Shown here: positions 45,924 through 56,008 of the stretch, piece after piece | Layout of the letters: every line of letters starts with the position of its first letter | How positions within the stretch are numbered: position 1 is the stretch's first letter | Assembly: GCA_041671225.1 (NCBI GenBank) | Contig: JBAZBY010000001.1 | Span: forward strand, 690,060 to 754,059 | Source: Patescibacteria group bacterium | Lineage (GTDB): Bacteria > Patescibacteriota > Patescibacteriia > JBAZBY01 | Direction of reading: 5' to 3' | Length of the DNA stretch: 64,000 nt | The notes under the pieces: generated by a model | Database searches by the model: none | What the model saw: the letters and a program-made list of their open reading frames with translations, nothing else | Told to the model about the DNA's origin: nothing | Translations under genes and position numbers: made by a program

Positions 45924-47176
45924 AGATAGAAAAACTCAACGCACGAGAAATTCTTGACTCGCGCGGTAATCCAACAATTGAAGCAGTGGCCTTCGGCAAT
46001 GGACACCACGCGGCCGCGGCTGTTCCTTCTGGCGCGAGCACGGGCTCACATGAAGCGCTTGAACTGCGCGACCGTGACGAAAAACGCTTTGACGGACTCG
46101 GCGTGATGAAGGCAGTTGCCAATGTGAAGGAAACCATTGCCAATGCGGTGGTCGGCAAGGAGTTTGTTGATGTCACGCAATTGGATGCGTTCTTGCTGAA
46201 GCTTGATGATTCCCCCAAGAAGACGAACCTTGGTGCAAATTCACTTCTTGCGGTTTCTCTCGCGTTTGCACGCCTTGATGCGGAAAATAAGGGGCAGCAC
46301 CTTTATGAGTATCTTGCCAAGACATATGGCTTTGGTCCGCTGCCAAAGAAGATGCCGCGCCTCATGATGAATGTGATCAACGGCGGGAGTCACGCAGACA
46401 CGCAGCTTGAGATCCAGGAGTTTCACATTGTGCCGCGTCAGGATAGCGCGCTGGAAATGGTGCGTGTTGGTGCGGAAGTATTCCATGCATTGAAGCAGGT
46501 ATTAAAGCGACAAAAAAAAGTAACGCTCGTAGGCGATGAAGGCGGCTATGCGCCAGAGTATCGCGACGGACGCGAAGTCCTGGCCGTTATGCAGCAGGCA
46601 GTGGAGCTTGCCGGATACATACCTGGAAAGGATGTGGATTTTTCAATTGATGCCGCAGCAACGGAGCTTTTTGACATTGAGACGGGGAAGTATCGGTTAA
46701 ATGAGAAAACGTTGAGCGCAACACAGCTCATCAGCGTCTATCGCGATTGGATAAAAGAATTTCCTATCATTTCACTTGAAGATGGACTTGCAGAGGATGA
46801 TTTTGAAGGCTGGAAGAAATTAAAACAAGAGTTTGGAGAAAAAATGACGCTCGTCGGCGATGACCTTTTTGTGACGAATCTTGTGCGATTAGAAGAAGGT
46901 ATTAAAGAAGATCTCGCGAATGCGATCCTTATTAAACCGAATCAGATCGGTACATTGACCGAGGCGGTACAGGCAATTCAACGCGCGCAGAAGGAAAAAA
47001 TGGCGATCGTCATATCCCATCGGTCAGGAGAAACCTGCGACCCGTTTATCACCGATCTGGCGGTTGCCTCGCATGCGAATTATTTGAAGGCGGGATCCCT
47101 CTCACGCGGTGAACGTCTCACGAAGTACAATCGCTTAATGGCGATTGATGACCTTCTGCATCAAACAGGAGCATAA
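45920..47176 (+). CDS. eno: enolase
   Basis: 'AREILDSRGNPT', 'SGASTGSHEALELRD', 'IKPNQIGTLTE', 'SHRSGETCD'. Confidence 0.95.
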   Translation: MKIEKLNAREILDSRGNPTIEAVAFGNGHHAAAAVPSGASTGSHEALELRDRDEKRFDGLGVMKAVANVKETIANAVVGKEFVDVTQLDAFLLKLDDSPKKTNLGANSLLAVSLAFARLDAENKGQHLYEYLAKTYGFGPLPKKMPRLMMNVINGGSHADTQLEIQEFHIVPRQDSALEMVRVGAEVFHALKQVLKRQKKVTLVGDEGGYAPEYRDGREVLAVMQQAVELAGYIPGKDVDFSIDAAATELFDIETGKYRLNEKTLSATQLISVYRDWIKEFPIISLEDGLAEDDFEGWKKLKQEFGEKMTLVGDDLFVTNLVRLEEGIKEDLANAILIKPNQIGTLTEAVQAIQRAQKEKMAIVISHRSGETCDPFITDLAVASHANYLKAGSLSRGERLTKYNRLMAIDDLLHQTGA

Positions 47177-48771
47177 TGCCAAACGCACGGGGGAAGAAAT
47201 CGCAAGAGCAGCAGCGTGCCGTTTTGGGACCGCTTGCTTTGGTTATCATTGATGGTTTTGGCATTACGGATGTTACAGAGGGAAACGCCGTCGTTGCCGC
47301 AAAGACGCCGAATTTTGATGCCTACATGAAAAAGTATCCCCATACGGAGCTTGCTGCGTCCGGGAAGGACGTTGGGTTGCCGGATGGCCAGGATGGCAAC
47401 TCAGAAGCCGGGCATATGAACATCGGCGCTGGCCGCGTTGTGGAGCAAGATGCGGTGCTCATTTCTGAATATATCAATACCGGTGCATTTTTTCAGAATC
47501 CCGCATTCATTCAGGCAGTGCGTCATGTGAAGCGGAAGAGATCCAACATGCATATCATGGGGCTACTCACGGGTTTTAATTCCGCGCATTCGTATCTGGA
47601 TCATCTTATTGCTTTGCTTGCCCTCATGCGCAATGAAGGGCTCACAAAGGTCTATTTGCACCTCTTTACCGACGGGCGTGATATGTCCCCATATTCTGCG
47701 ATCGATCTGCTGCGCAAGGTGCAGCGCGTCATAGCGGATAACCATGCGACGATCGCAACGATTACCGGCAGACTCTATGCGATGGATCGCAAAAAGGAAT
47801 GGTCGCGTACGGAATCGACATATAACACGCTTGTTCACGGACGCGGCAAGCACACCGCGCGTACCGCAGAAGAAGCGGTGCTCAATGCATATAATCGCGG
47901 GCAAAGTGATGAATTTATTGAGCCAACGGTTATTGTTGATGAAAAAGGCAAGCCGCTTGCGCGTATCGCCGATGATGACGCAGTGATCTTTTTTAATCTC
48001 CGCTCGGATCGCGCTCGTCAACTTGCAAAGGTATTCGTGCAAAAGAATTTTGCAGCACGGAATCCGCATGCGTTCGAGCCGCAGGGACTGCCAAAGAACC
48101 TTCTCTTTGTTGCGATGACGGATTTTGGACCGGATCTTGAAGGAATGATTACGGCGTACCCTGCAAAAAAAATTCTTCAGACGCTACCGACGCAGTTAAA
48201 AGGACTTCGACAGATGTACATCGCAGAAAAAGAGAAGTACGCGCATGTGACGTACTTCATGAATGGGGGATACAAAGATCCTGTAGCAGGCGAAGAGCGC
48301 GTCATTGTTCCATCCCCGCGTCTGGATCATTATGATGAAAAGCCGGCAATGAGTTCGCGGGAGATCACGGAGATAGTGCTTGCATCCTTAAAAAAGGATG
48401 CACATGACGTGTATGTCATCAACTATGCACCGCCGGATATGATCGGACATACGGGCAATTTTGAAGCAACCGTCAAGGCAGTTGAAGGAATTGATGTGGA
48501 ATTGGGCAGGCTTTCAGAGGTATTGCTCAAAAAAAATGGCGTGATGCTGCTGACCGCTGACCATGGTAATGCTGAACAAATGCTTCATGAGGACGGCCGT
48601 GTTGATTCTGAGCATACAAAGAACCCCGTTCCTTTTATCGTGATCGGCAACACACAAATAAAGAAAGGCATGCTGAGAAAGCACGGGAGACTCGCTGATA
48701 TCGCTCCAACAATACTCACACTGCTTGGGAGGAAGGTGCCACCGCTCATGACGGGGAAAAGTTTATGGTAG
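47176..48771 (+). CDS. gpmI: 2,3-bisphosphoglycerate-independent phosphoglycerate mutase (copy 1)
   Basis: 'VIIDGFG', 'GNSEAGHMNIGAGR', 'LFTDGRD', 'ADHGNAE'. Confidence 0.9.
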   Translation: MPNARGKKSQEQQRAVLGPLALVIIDGFGITDVTEGNAVVAAKTPNFDAYMKKYPHTELAASGKDVGLPDGQDGNSEAGHMNIGAGRVVEQDAVLISEYINTGAFFQNPAFIQAVRHVKRKRSNMHIMGLLTGFNSAHSYLDHLIALLALMRNEGLTKVYLHLFTDGRDMSPYSAIDLLRKVQRVIADNHATIATITGRLYAMDRKKEWSRTESTYNTLVHGRGKHTARTAEEAVLNAYNRGQSDEFIEPTVIVDEKGKPLARIADDDAVIFFNLRSDRARQLAKVFVQKNFAARNPHAFEPQGLPKNLLFVAMTDFGPDLEGMITAYPAKKILQTLPTQLKGLRQMYIAEKEKYAHVTYFMNGGYKDPVAGEERVIVPSPRLDHYDEKPAMSSREITEIVLASLKKDAHDVYVINYAPPDMIGHTGNFEATVKAVEGIDVELGRLSEVLLKKNGVMLLTADHGNAEQMLHEDGRVDSEHTKNPVPFIVIGNTQIKKGMLRKHGRLADIAPTILTLLGRKVPPLMTGKSLW

Positions 48772-50375
48772 GAGAGGCCACACAACTCGCGCATCGACCG
48801 ACGGTTCTCATTATTCTTGATGGCTGGGGCGTTGCGGAAGCGTCTCGCGGAAATATCATCGCAACCGCGAAGACGCCGGTGATGGATGAACTCACCGCGC
48901 GGTATCCGGCAATGGTTCTTGAGGCCTCCGGAGAATCAGTCGGTTTGCCATGGGGCGAGATGGGTAATTCAGAAGTTGGCCATCTTTCCATTGGCTCTGG
49001 CCGGATCATCTATCAGGATTTGCCGCGCATTACAAAGGCGATCACTGATGAATCATATTATACCAATGCAGCTTTTATTGCTGCCGCAGAACATGTGAAG
49101 CAGCACAGCGGTACGCTGCATATCATGGGACTCATGAGCTCTGGTGGCGTACATGCATCAAATGTTCACGCGTATGCGTTGCTTGAATTTGCAAAGCGAC
49201 AAGGCCTGACTGATGTGCGTCTGCATCCTATTCTTGATGGACGCGATACTGCGCACAATAGCGGGCGCGGTTTTATTGAACAGTTGATCAAGAAGACGCA
49301 GGAGCTTGGCGTTGGCGAGATTGCGACGCTTTCTGGCCGCTTTTATGCGATGGATCGGGATCATCGTTGGGATCGTATTGAAAAGGCATACAATGCAATG
49401 ACAAAGGGTGAAGGAGAGAAGGCGCTGGATCCGCTCGTGGCGATCGATGCAAGTTATGAGAAGGAAGTCTATGATGAGGCATTTCATCCGACGGTGATAA
49501 CAAAGGAAGACGGAACACCGCGCGGCCTCATCAAAGAAGGCGATGCGGTGTTGTTTTTTAATTATCGGAATGATCGTGCGCGCCAACTGACGCAGGCGTT
49601 GGTTTTGCCAGGGTTTGAAAAGTTCCCAAGAGCGTATTTGTCGGATCTTTTTCTTGTGACGATGACAGAGTATGAAAAGAACCTTCCGGTAACGGTTGCT
49701 TTTCCTCCTCAAGAGGTCACCATGCCATTGGCTCGCGTGATAAGTGATCTTGGCTTGACGCAGCTCCATATCGCAGAAACGGAGAAGTATGCGCACGTAA
49801 CCTTTTTTTTCAACGGAGGGAAGGAGGATCCCTTTCCCGGTGAGGAGCGCGCGTTGGTTCCTTCTCCGCAGGTTGCAACATATGATGAGAAGCCGGAGAT
49901 GAGCGCTAAAGAGGTTGCCGATAAAATCATCGAGGCAATCACAAAGGGTACATATGATTTTATTGTTGTGAATTTTGCAAATGCTGACATGGTGGGACAT
50001 ACCGGTTCCATTCCCGCCATCACAAAAGCCGTTGAGATACTTGATGAGCAGGTCGGCCGCGTTGTGCAAGCTGTACTTGATACCGGTGGCGCGGTTGCCA
50101 TTACTGCAGATCACGGCAATGCGGAAGAAAAGATCAATGTGCAAACAGGGTTTGTAAACAAAGAACACACAACAAATCCCGTTCCTTTATTATTAATTGC
50201 GAGTGAGTTATTACTCCATAAAGGCAGCACAGGGGTTCCGCCCGATCTTTCGACGCAGTCCTCCATTGGTCTTCTTGCGGATGTCGCGCCAACAGTGCTT
50301 TCACTCATGGGTCTTTCTATTCCAAAAGAAATGGAAGGCCGTAATCTTTTAGAATCATATGCATATTCCCATTGA
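48765..50375 (+). CDS. gpmI: 2,3-bisphosphoglycerate-independent phosphoglycerate mutase (copy 2, about 40 percent identical paralog)
   Basis: 'IILDGWG', 'GNSEVGHLSIGSGR', 'ILDGRD', 'ADHGNAE'. Confidence 0.9.
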   Translation: MVGEATQLAHRPTVLIILDGWGVAEASRGNIIATAKTPVMDELTARYPAMVLEASGESVGLPWGEMGNSEVGHLSIGSGRIIYQDLPRITKAITDESYYTNAAFIAAAEHVKQHSGTLHIMGLMSSGGVHASNVHAYALLEFAKRQGLTDVRLHPILDGRDTAHNSGRGFIEQLIKKTQELGVGEIATLSGRFYAMDRDHRWDRIEKAYNAMTKGEGEKALDPLVAIDASYEKEVYDEAFHPTVITKEDGTPRGLIKEGDAVLFFNYRNDRARQLTQALVLPGFEKFPRAYLSDLFLVTMTEYEKNLPVTVAFPPQEVTMPLARVISDLGLTQLHIAETEKYAHVTFFFNGGKEDPFPGEERALVPSPQVATYDEKPEMSAKEVADKIIEAITKGTYDFIVVNFANADMVGHTGSIPAITKAVEILDEQVGRVVQAVLDTGGAVAITADHGNAEEKINVQTGFVNKEHTTNPVPLLLIASELLLHKGSTGVPPDLSTQSSIGLLADVAPTVLSLMGLSIPKEMEGRNLLESYAYSH

Positions 50376-50937
50376 AGTTTCAGCACGACACATACACCTC
50401 ACTGCAGCGGATATTGCAGTGCTTTTTGGGGAGGGATACATCCTTGGAAAGCATCGCGTTATTTCGCAGCCAGGACAGTTTTCAAGCGTTGAAAAGGTGA
50501 TAATAAAAGGACCAAAAGGCGAAATGGCCGGTGTCCGGGTTGTTGGTCCTGCACGCAAAAAAACACAAGTTGAACTCTCTATGACGGATTGCCGCACACT
50601 GGGCGTTGAAGCGATGCTGCGCGTTTCTGGGGATCTTACGGGGACGCCTGGCGGGGTTACCATTATCGGCCCAAAAGGCGAGATAACACTTATTGAAGGC
50701 GTTATCGTTCCACAGAGGCACCTCCACATTGAGCCAGAGTATGCAGAAGCGCTTGGGCTCACACATGGTGATACCATTGCAGTGAAGGTTGAAGGTGAAC
50801 GAGCTGTGACATTGCATAATGTCGCAGTGCGTTCACGGGAAGGAATTGATGCGCTTGCGCTTCATATAGATACCGATGAGGGTAATACAGCAGGAGTTAT
50901 CAAACCAACATATGCATCATTTATCGGTAAAGAATGA
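50359..50937 (+). CDS. pduL: PduL-type phosphate acyltransferase (phosphotransacetylase/propanoyltransferase)
   Basis: duplicated PduL halves: 'VSARHIHLTAADIAVLFGEGY...SQPGQF', 'GVTIIGPKGEITLIEGVIVPQRHLHIEPEYAEALGL', 'ALALHIDTDEGNTAG'. Confidence 0.8.
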   Translation: MHIPIEVSARHIHLTAADIAVLFGEGYILGKHRVISQPGQFSSVEKVIIKGPKGEMAGVRVVGPARKKTQVELSMTDCRTLGVEAMLRVSGDLTGTPGGVTIIGPKGEITLIEGVIVPQRHLHIEPEYAEALGLTHGDTIAVKVEGERAVTLHNVAVRSREGIDALALHIDTDEGNTAGVIKPTYASFIGKE

Positions 50938-52046
50938 ATATGCAAAAATATATTCTTGCGCTCAACGCCGGTTCCTCAAGTCTTCGTTTTTCTCTTTATA
51001 CTACAACACTTCATCTCGTGCTGAGCGATAATATCGATCGCATCGGCGCGCGCGGCGGCGCATATGCAACGCATGCTGCGGCAGTGCAGGGAATGCGCGC
51101 CGTGATGCGGAAGAAGGGGATCGTCCCCGCGGAGATCGCTGTTGTTGGACATCGCGTGGTGCATGGCGGCGCAACATTGCGCCGGCCTGTCCGCATCACC
51201 GCGTCGGTTGAACGCGCCATTCATACGGCGGCAGCTTTGGCGCCTTTGCATAATCCTCCGGCACTCATGGGAATACGGCTTGCGCGCAGGGCATTTCCCC
51301 GTGCTGCGCACATTGCGGTGTTTGATACCGGGCTGTATGAGGAGCTTCCGGAAGTTGCGCAGACATATGCCTTGCCCAAGGCGCTCGCGCGGAAGTATGG
51401 GCTGAAACGCTATGGCTTTCACGGGCTTTCCCATGAATATGCGCTGCATGAATCAGCACGACGTCTTAAAAAGCCGGAACGCGCGTTGAATCTTTTGAGC
51501 GTGCACCTTGGCAGCGGATCCAGCATGACCGCTTTTGCAAAAGGCAAGCCCGTTGCAACAAGCATGGGGTTCACACCCATGGAAGGCTTGCTCATGACCA
51601 CGCGCGTCGGGGATATTGATCCGGGCATTCTTCTGTATCTTCTGAAGCAGGGGAAGACGATAAAGGAGCTGGATAATGCATTCAACCATATATCCGGGTG
51701 GTATGGCCTTACGGGCATGAAGGATTTTCGCGATGTGCTCTATGCCGCGGGCTTTTCCAAAGAGAAAGGCGTGCAGTCTTTCCCTATCTCAAAAACACAG
51801 CGCCATGACGCAAAGCTTGCGCTGGAGCTTTTTTTGCGCCGCGTTCGGTTCTACCTTGGCGGGTATGCAACGCTGCTCGGAGGGAAGGTAGATGTCATCG
51901 TTTTTACTGGCGGCATTGGCGGCGTGAATGTGCGGCTATGGCGCGAGATCATGCGGCCATTCCCGCGCTTGCGTAAGGTAAGGATCTTTCGCTTTCCTTC
52001 CGACGAAGCTGCAGTGATCGCGCGGCACGCCAAGCGTTTTCTTTAA
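50934..52046 (+). CDS. ackA: acetate (propionate) kinase
   Basis: 'ILALNAGSSSLRFSLY', 'VGHRVVHGG', 'AVFDT', 'HLGSGSS', 'TGGIGG'. Confidence 0.9.
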   Translation: MNMQKYILALNAGSSSLRFSLYTTTLHLVLSDNIDRIGARGGAYATHAAAVQGMRAVMRKKGIVPAEIAVVGHRVVHGGATLRRPVRITASVERAIHTAAALAPLHNPPALMGIRLARRAFPRAAHIAVFDTGLYEELPEVAQTYALPKALARKYGLKRYGFHGLSHEYALHESARRLKKPERALNLLSVHLGSGSSMTAFAKGKPVATSMGFTPMEGLLMTTRVGDIDPGILLYLLKQGKTIKELDNAFNHISGWYGLTGMKDFRDVLYAAGFSKEKGVQSFPISKTQRHDAKLALELFLRRVRFYLGGYATLLGGKVDVIVFTGGIGGVNVRLWREIMRPFPRLRKVRIFRFPSDEAAVIARHAKRFL

Positions 52047-52058
52047 CACAAAGTGAAA

Positions 52059-52090
52059 TCGCCCGGCACTCGAGAGGGAGGCCGGGCGTT
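52059..52090 (+). terminator. hairpin cgcccggc/gccgggcg + TTT after ackA (convergent with the gene at 52122)
   Basis: read from sequence. Confidence 0.4.
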
Positions 52091-52121
52091 TCGGTATGGG
52101 TACAAGGAACGGGAGGCGTGG

Positions 52122-52661
52122 TTACGCCGGGGCGAGAGTCGCCTCTATGGGGATGGGCTCTCCGAAGAGCGGGAACAGGTCGGTGGCGTTGAGTTGCACC
52201 TGCCCGGGGATGCACGTCTCGGGGCAGGCAAACGGCTCCTTCCAGCCTGTGAGGATGGCGATCCGCCACGGGAGGCGCCGAATGGCCAGCATGGGCAGGA
52301 GGTGCTCCGTGACGTAGTCCCGGAGATCCTGATCTCCAGGGTAAATGGCAAAGCGCATCTCGCGCATCGTCGTTCTGGCGCCGGGGATCTCTTCCGCCGC
52401 ACCAGGAGCATCATCCACCGTCCCGTCGTCGGGCACGACATCCGCCGTGGTCATCAGTTGCTCGAGCAGCGCGTATGCGAACCGGCCCTGATCGAGCTGG
52501 TGCGGAACTCCGAGTGACTGGAGCACGCCGCTGAAGGTGGGTGAGTCCGTGTGGACTGCCCAATCGCGTTCCTGTGCGGCACGCAGAAGTTCGTTGAAGA
52601 TGGATTCGTACCCCACCGGGTTTCCGTAAAGGAACAGTAGCGGCTTGAAGCTTCGTGGCAT
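52122..52661 (-). CDS. hypothetical protein (possibly alpha/beta-fold hydrolase-like)
   Basis: GGAGGG SD before the ATG at 52661 (the ORF-track start at 52739 is less likely); 'LLFLYGNPVGYESI'; GC-rich. Confidence 0.5.
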   Translation of the reverse strand: MPRSFKPLLFLYGNPVGYESIFNELLRAAQERDWAVHTDSPTFSGVLQSLGVPHQLDQGRFAYALLEQLMTTADVVPDDGTVDDAPGAAEEIPGARTTMREMRFAIYPGDQDLRDYVTEHLLPMLAIRRLPWRIAILTGWKEPFACPETCIPGQVQLNATDLFPLFGEPIPIEATLAPA

Positions 52662-52796
52662 GGCACCCTCCAAACGGTTGTAGGTTTGTGTGCAGCCCAG
52701 CGATGCAAGGCTGCTATGGCTTATCAGTTTTTCTCCCATACGTCAACAGACACGGCATTTGCTGTATGGTATAATATAGAGGAAAGGAATAAGGGT

Positions 52797-53384
52797 ATGA
52801 TTAAATGGTTGCTGGATATTCTACTTGATACGCGCGATGTCTTCTGGCGTCGACTCTCAGGCTTCCGCGCCGTTCCAAACTCTATTTTTCGCGTGCATCT
52901 TCTGCGTTATAATGGGAGTACGATCAAGCTCTCAGATGGAACAAAGGTCAAATGGGGTGAGGTGTTTATTGGTATACACCTGGATAATCGACGACTCATG
53001 CGCATCCTGAAGGAGTACCAGCCATTGGAGCGGCGTGAGCGGTTTCAAGAGGAAGCGAAGAAGAATCTTCGAGTGCTCATAACGTATATTGATGAGCACA
53101 CGCCATATGAAGAAGCAGTGGCGATCCGTGCACGCACGATCCTCGCATATAACTTTAAAGACTGGCCGGTTGATATCATTCCGCTGAAGAGGAATTCCTG
53201 GTTCACGCGCCTCTACCGTTGGGGGCTCAAAGTGAATCTTGTACGCTGGCACCCGTTACGCATCAAGCGGATCTTTTCAAAAAATCATGATCAGTTGCAG
53301 ATACAGGATGTATGGATGTCCATAGCATCCTTAAGGACATTTGCGGAAAACTATGAAAAAGGGGCGAACACAAAAAAAGAATAA
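52797..53384 (+). CDS. hypothetical protein
   Basis: ATG at 52797 with an AAGGAATAAGGG ribosome-binding site; no known motif. Confidence 0.5.
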   Translation: MIKWLLDILLDTRDVFWRRLSGFRAVPNSIFRVHLLRYNGSTIKLSDGTKVKWGEVFIGIHLDNRRLMRILKEYQPLERRERFQEEAKKNLRVLITYIDEHTPYEEAVAIRARTILAYNFKDWPVDIIPLKRNSWFTRLYRWGLKVNLVRWHPLRIKRIFSKNHDQLQIQDVWMSIASLRTFAENYEKGANTKKE

Positions 53385-55149
53385 GAACATCATTCTCAAT
53401 TGGAAGATCGGGGGAGAAGCGGGCTTTGGCATCAAGGTAACCGGGCAGATGTTCTCGCGCATGCTCACGCGTGCGGGATATTTTACCTATGATTATTCTG
53501 AATACCCTTCGCTTATTCGCGGCGGGCATAATACCTATCAGGTTGCGGCTGGCGCGGATCCGGTGCGCTCTGCATATGCCGATGTTGATTTTTTGATCTG
53601 TTTGAATCAGGACGCCTGGCGGGAGCAACAGGACGAACTCGTTCCCGGCGCTGCCGTTGTGTATGACGCATCATACGTGAAGATTCCTGAGCGCGTGGCA
53701 AAGGCAAAGAAGCTGAAGCTGTATCCTGCACCGCTTGAAGAAATTGCACGTGAATACGGGGACCCCATCATGCGCAATGTTGTTGCCCTTGGCATGACGG
53801 TTCAATTATTTGGTCTGGACTTTCACTTACTCCAGGGTGTGCTTGAAACAGCATTCGGCAAAAAAGGAAAGGACGTCATCACCCTCAATATGCAGCTTGC
53901 GCAGGCAGGTGCGGCTGTGATAGGGAAGCGTCGATTCCGTCATCTGCCGCCGGCAAAAGAGAAAAAGCGATCACTCATGAATATTGATGGGAATACCGCT
54001 CTTGCGTATGGCGCAATCCGCGGCGGTCTGCAGTTCTATGCGGGGTACCCCATGACACCGTCATCATCGATCCTTTCCACGGTCGCAAAGTATGCACGTG
54101 AATATGGCATGGTGGTGAAGCACGCAGAGGATGAGATCTCGGTCATCAACATGGCCATTGGCGCGGGGTTTGCCGGTGCGCGTTCTATGATCGCAACATC
54201 AGGCGGGGGATTTGCATTGATGAGTGAAGCGCTCGGCCTTGCCGGTATGACGGAAGTGGGAGTGGTGATGGTGGATGTCCAACGTCCTGGTCCCGCAACA
54301 GGCCTGCCCACATGGACGGGGCAGGGTGACCTGCGTTTTGTGCTGCATACCGCGCAGGATGATGTTCCGCGCATTGTGCTCACCCCCGGCGATCCAGAAG
54401 AATGTTTTTTCATGGCGGCGGAGGCGCTGAACCTTGCAGAGGAGTATCAAACCCCGGTGATCATTGTTTCAGATAAACTTCTTGCCGCGAGTCTTGTTTC
54501 GATGCCGCTCTTTGATGAAAAGAAGGTGAAGATTCGCCGCGGCAAGCTGATGAAGCAGTCGCAGCTCAAGGCGGGGGCGGCCTTTGCGCGCTATAAGGAA
54601 TCCGCGGATGGAATTTCTCCTCGCAGTCTCCCTGGTATGAAGCATGGCATGTTCATCGCGAATTCTGATGAACATGACCCACAAGGGATTGTGGATGAAA
54701 CAGCGGAAACGCGCAACATACAGCATGAGAAGCGTCTTCGTAAACTTGCGACGTATGCAAAAAAAATGCCAGAGCAGAGACTCTATGGTCCAAAGAATGC
54801 TGCCGTGACGTTCATTGGTTGGGGTTCCACCAAGGGCGCCATGCTTGATGCGCTTGATATCATCAATAGCGGAAAGAAACCCCGCGGAGCGGGATCCTCC
54901 TCTGGCGGAAAAGCAAACTTCCTCCACATCACACACGCGTTTCCCTTTCCGATAAAAAGCGTGATGCGCCAACTGAAGAATGCAAAGCGCATCGTGAGCA
55001 TTGAGGGTAACGCGACCGGCCAGTTTGCCGGCCTCCTACGCGAACACACGGGCATCACAACGGATGAGCAGTTGTTGAAGTATGACGGACGTCCCTTTTA
55101 TCCGCACGAAATCGTGACATTCTTTGAATCCCATGCCAAAAAAAACTGA
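53353..55149 (+). CDS. korA: 2-oxoacid:ferredoxin oxidoreductase, fused gamma-alpha subunit
   Basis: gamma-like 'NWKIGGEAGFGIKVTGQM', alpha 'DGNTALAYGAIRGGLQFYAGYPMTPSS'; overlaps the upstream gene by 32 nt. Confidence 0.85.
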   Translation: MKKGRTQKKNKNIILNWKIGGEAGFGIKVTGQMFSRMLTRAGYFTYDYSEYPSLIRGGHNTYQVAAGADPVRSAYADVDFLICLNQDAWREQQDELVPGAAVVYDASYVKIPERVAKAKKLKLYPAPLEEIAREYGDPIMRNVVALGMTVQLFGLDFHLLQGVLETAFGKKGKDVITLNMQLAQAGAAVIGKRRFRHLPPAKEKKRSLMNIDGNTALAYGAIRGGLQFYAGYPMTPSSSILSTVAKYAREYGMVVKHAEDEISVINMAIGAGFAGARSMIATSGGGFALMSEALGLAGMTEVGVVMVDVQRPGPATGLPTWTGQGDLRFVLHTAQDDVPRIVLTPGDPEECFFMAAEALNLAEEYQTPVIIVSDKLLAASLVSMPLFDEKKVKIRRGKLMKQSQLKAGAAFARYKESADGISPRSLPGMKHGMFIANSDEHDPQGIVDETAETRNIQHEKRLRKLATYAKKMPEQRLYGPKNAAVTFIGWGSTKGAMLDALDIINSGKKPRGAGSSSGGKANFLHITHAFPFPIKSVMRQLKNAKRIVSIEGNATGQFAGLLREHTGITTDEQLLKYDGRPFYPHEIVTFFESHAKKN

Positions 55150-55999
55150 ACAATTTGAAACAGGATTGAATCCAAGCTGGTGCCCTGGTTGCGGGGACTG
55201 GGCGATCTATCGCGCGCTGAAAACCGTTTTTACTGAACTGGGCTTAAAGAACGAGAACATCGCGATTGCGTACGGTATCGGTTGCTCAGGCAATATGGCG
55301 AGCTATCTGGATATCTATGGTTTTCATGGCCTCCATGGGCGGCCATTGCCCGTTGCCGCAGGAATCAAGATGGCAAATGATAGATTGACAGTGCTCGCTG
55401 CCGGTGGGGATGGCGATGGGTATGGCGAGGGCATATCTCACTTTCTCCATCAGATGCGCGCGAATCAGGACATCACCTATCTTGTTTTTGATAATCAGGT
55501 CTATGGACTCACACAGGGGCAGGTCTCTCCGCGTGGCATGAAGGGCTACAAAGCTTCCACAACGCCAGACGGCGTCATAGAAGAACCGGTGAATCCGATC
55601 GCGTTGGCGCTTGCAAACAATGCAACGTTCGTTGCGCGCACCTTTGCCATTGATTTTTTGCACAACATCAAGACGATCAAAAAGGCGATTCAGCATAAAG
55701 GGTTCTCGCTCGTCAATATCATTCAACCATGCCAGACGTTTAACAAGCTCAATACGCACAGTTATTGGCAGCGGCGCATCTATAACATGGAAGAAGAAAA
55801 AAATTATCGCAGCAATGACCGTATGTATGCAATGGAAAAAGCTTTTGAAGGTCCGGAGCCACGGTTCCCCGTTGGCATTTTTTATCAGGAAAAGCGATTG
55901 TCCTACGAAGATGAGCTTCCACAGATAAAAAAGAATCCTCTTGTGCAGCAGAGCCCTGAAGGGCGTTCTGTGCGGAAGTTGTTTTCAAGCCATCAATAG
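55133..55999 (+). CDS. korB: 2-oxoacid:ferredoxin oxidoreductase beta subunit (TPP-binding)
   Basis: 'WCPGCGDWAI', 'GIGCSG', 'GGDGDGYGEG'. Confidence 0.85.
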   Translation: MPKKTEQFETGLNPSWCPGCGDWAIYRALKTVFTELGLKNENIAIAYGIGCSGNMASYLDIYGFHGLHGRPLPVAAGIKMANDRLTVLAAGGDGDGYGEGISHFLHQMRANQDITYLVFDNQVYGLTQGQVSPRGMKGYKASTTPDGVIEEPVNPIALALANNATFVARTFAIDFLHNIKTIKKAIQHKGFSLVNIIQPCQTFNKLNTHSYWQRRIYNMEEEKNYRSNDRMYAMEKAFEGPEPRFPVGIFYQEKRLSYEDELPQIKKNPLVQQSPEGRSVRKLFSSHQ

Positions 56000-56008
56000 C
56001 ATCGTCCT

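Noticed and set aside
49158-50168. 336-aa minus-strand ORF antisense to the second gpmI
   Set aside because: Antisense to a gene with all iPGM motifs. No SD sequence, Arg/Cys/Leu-rich.
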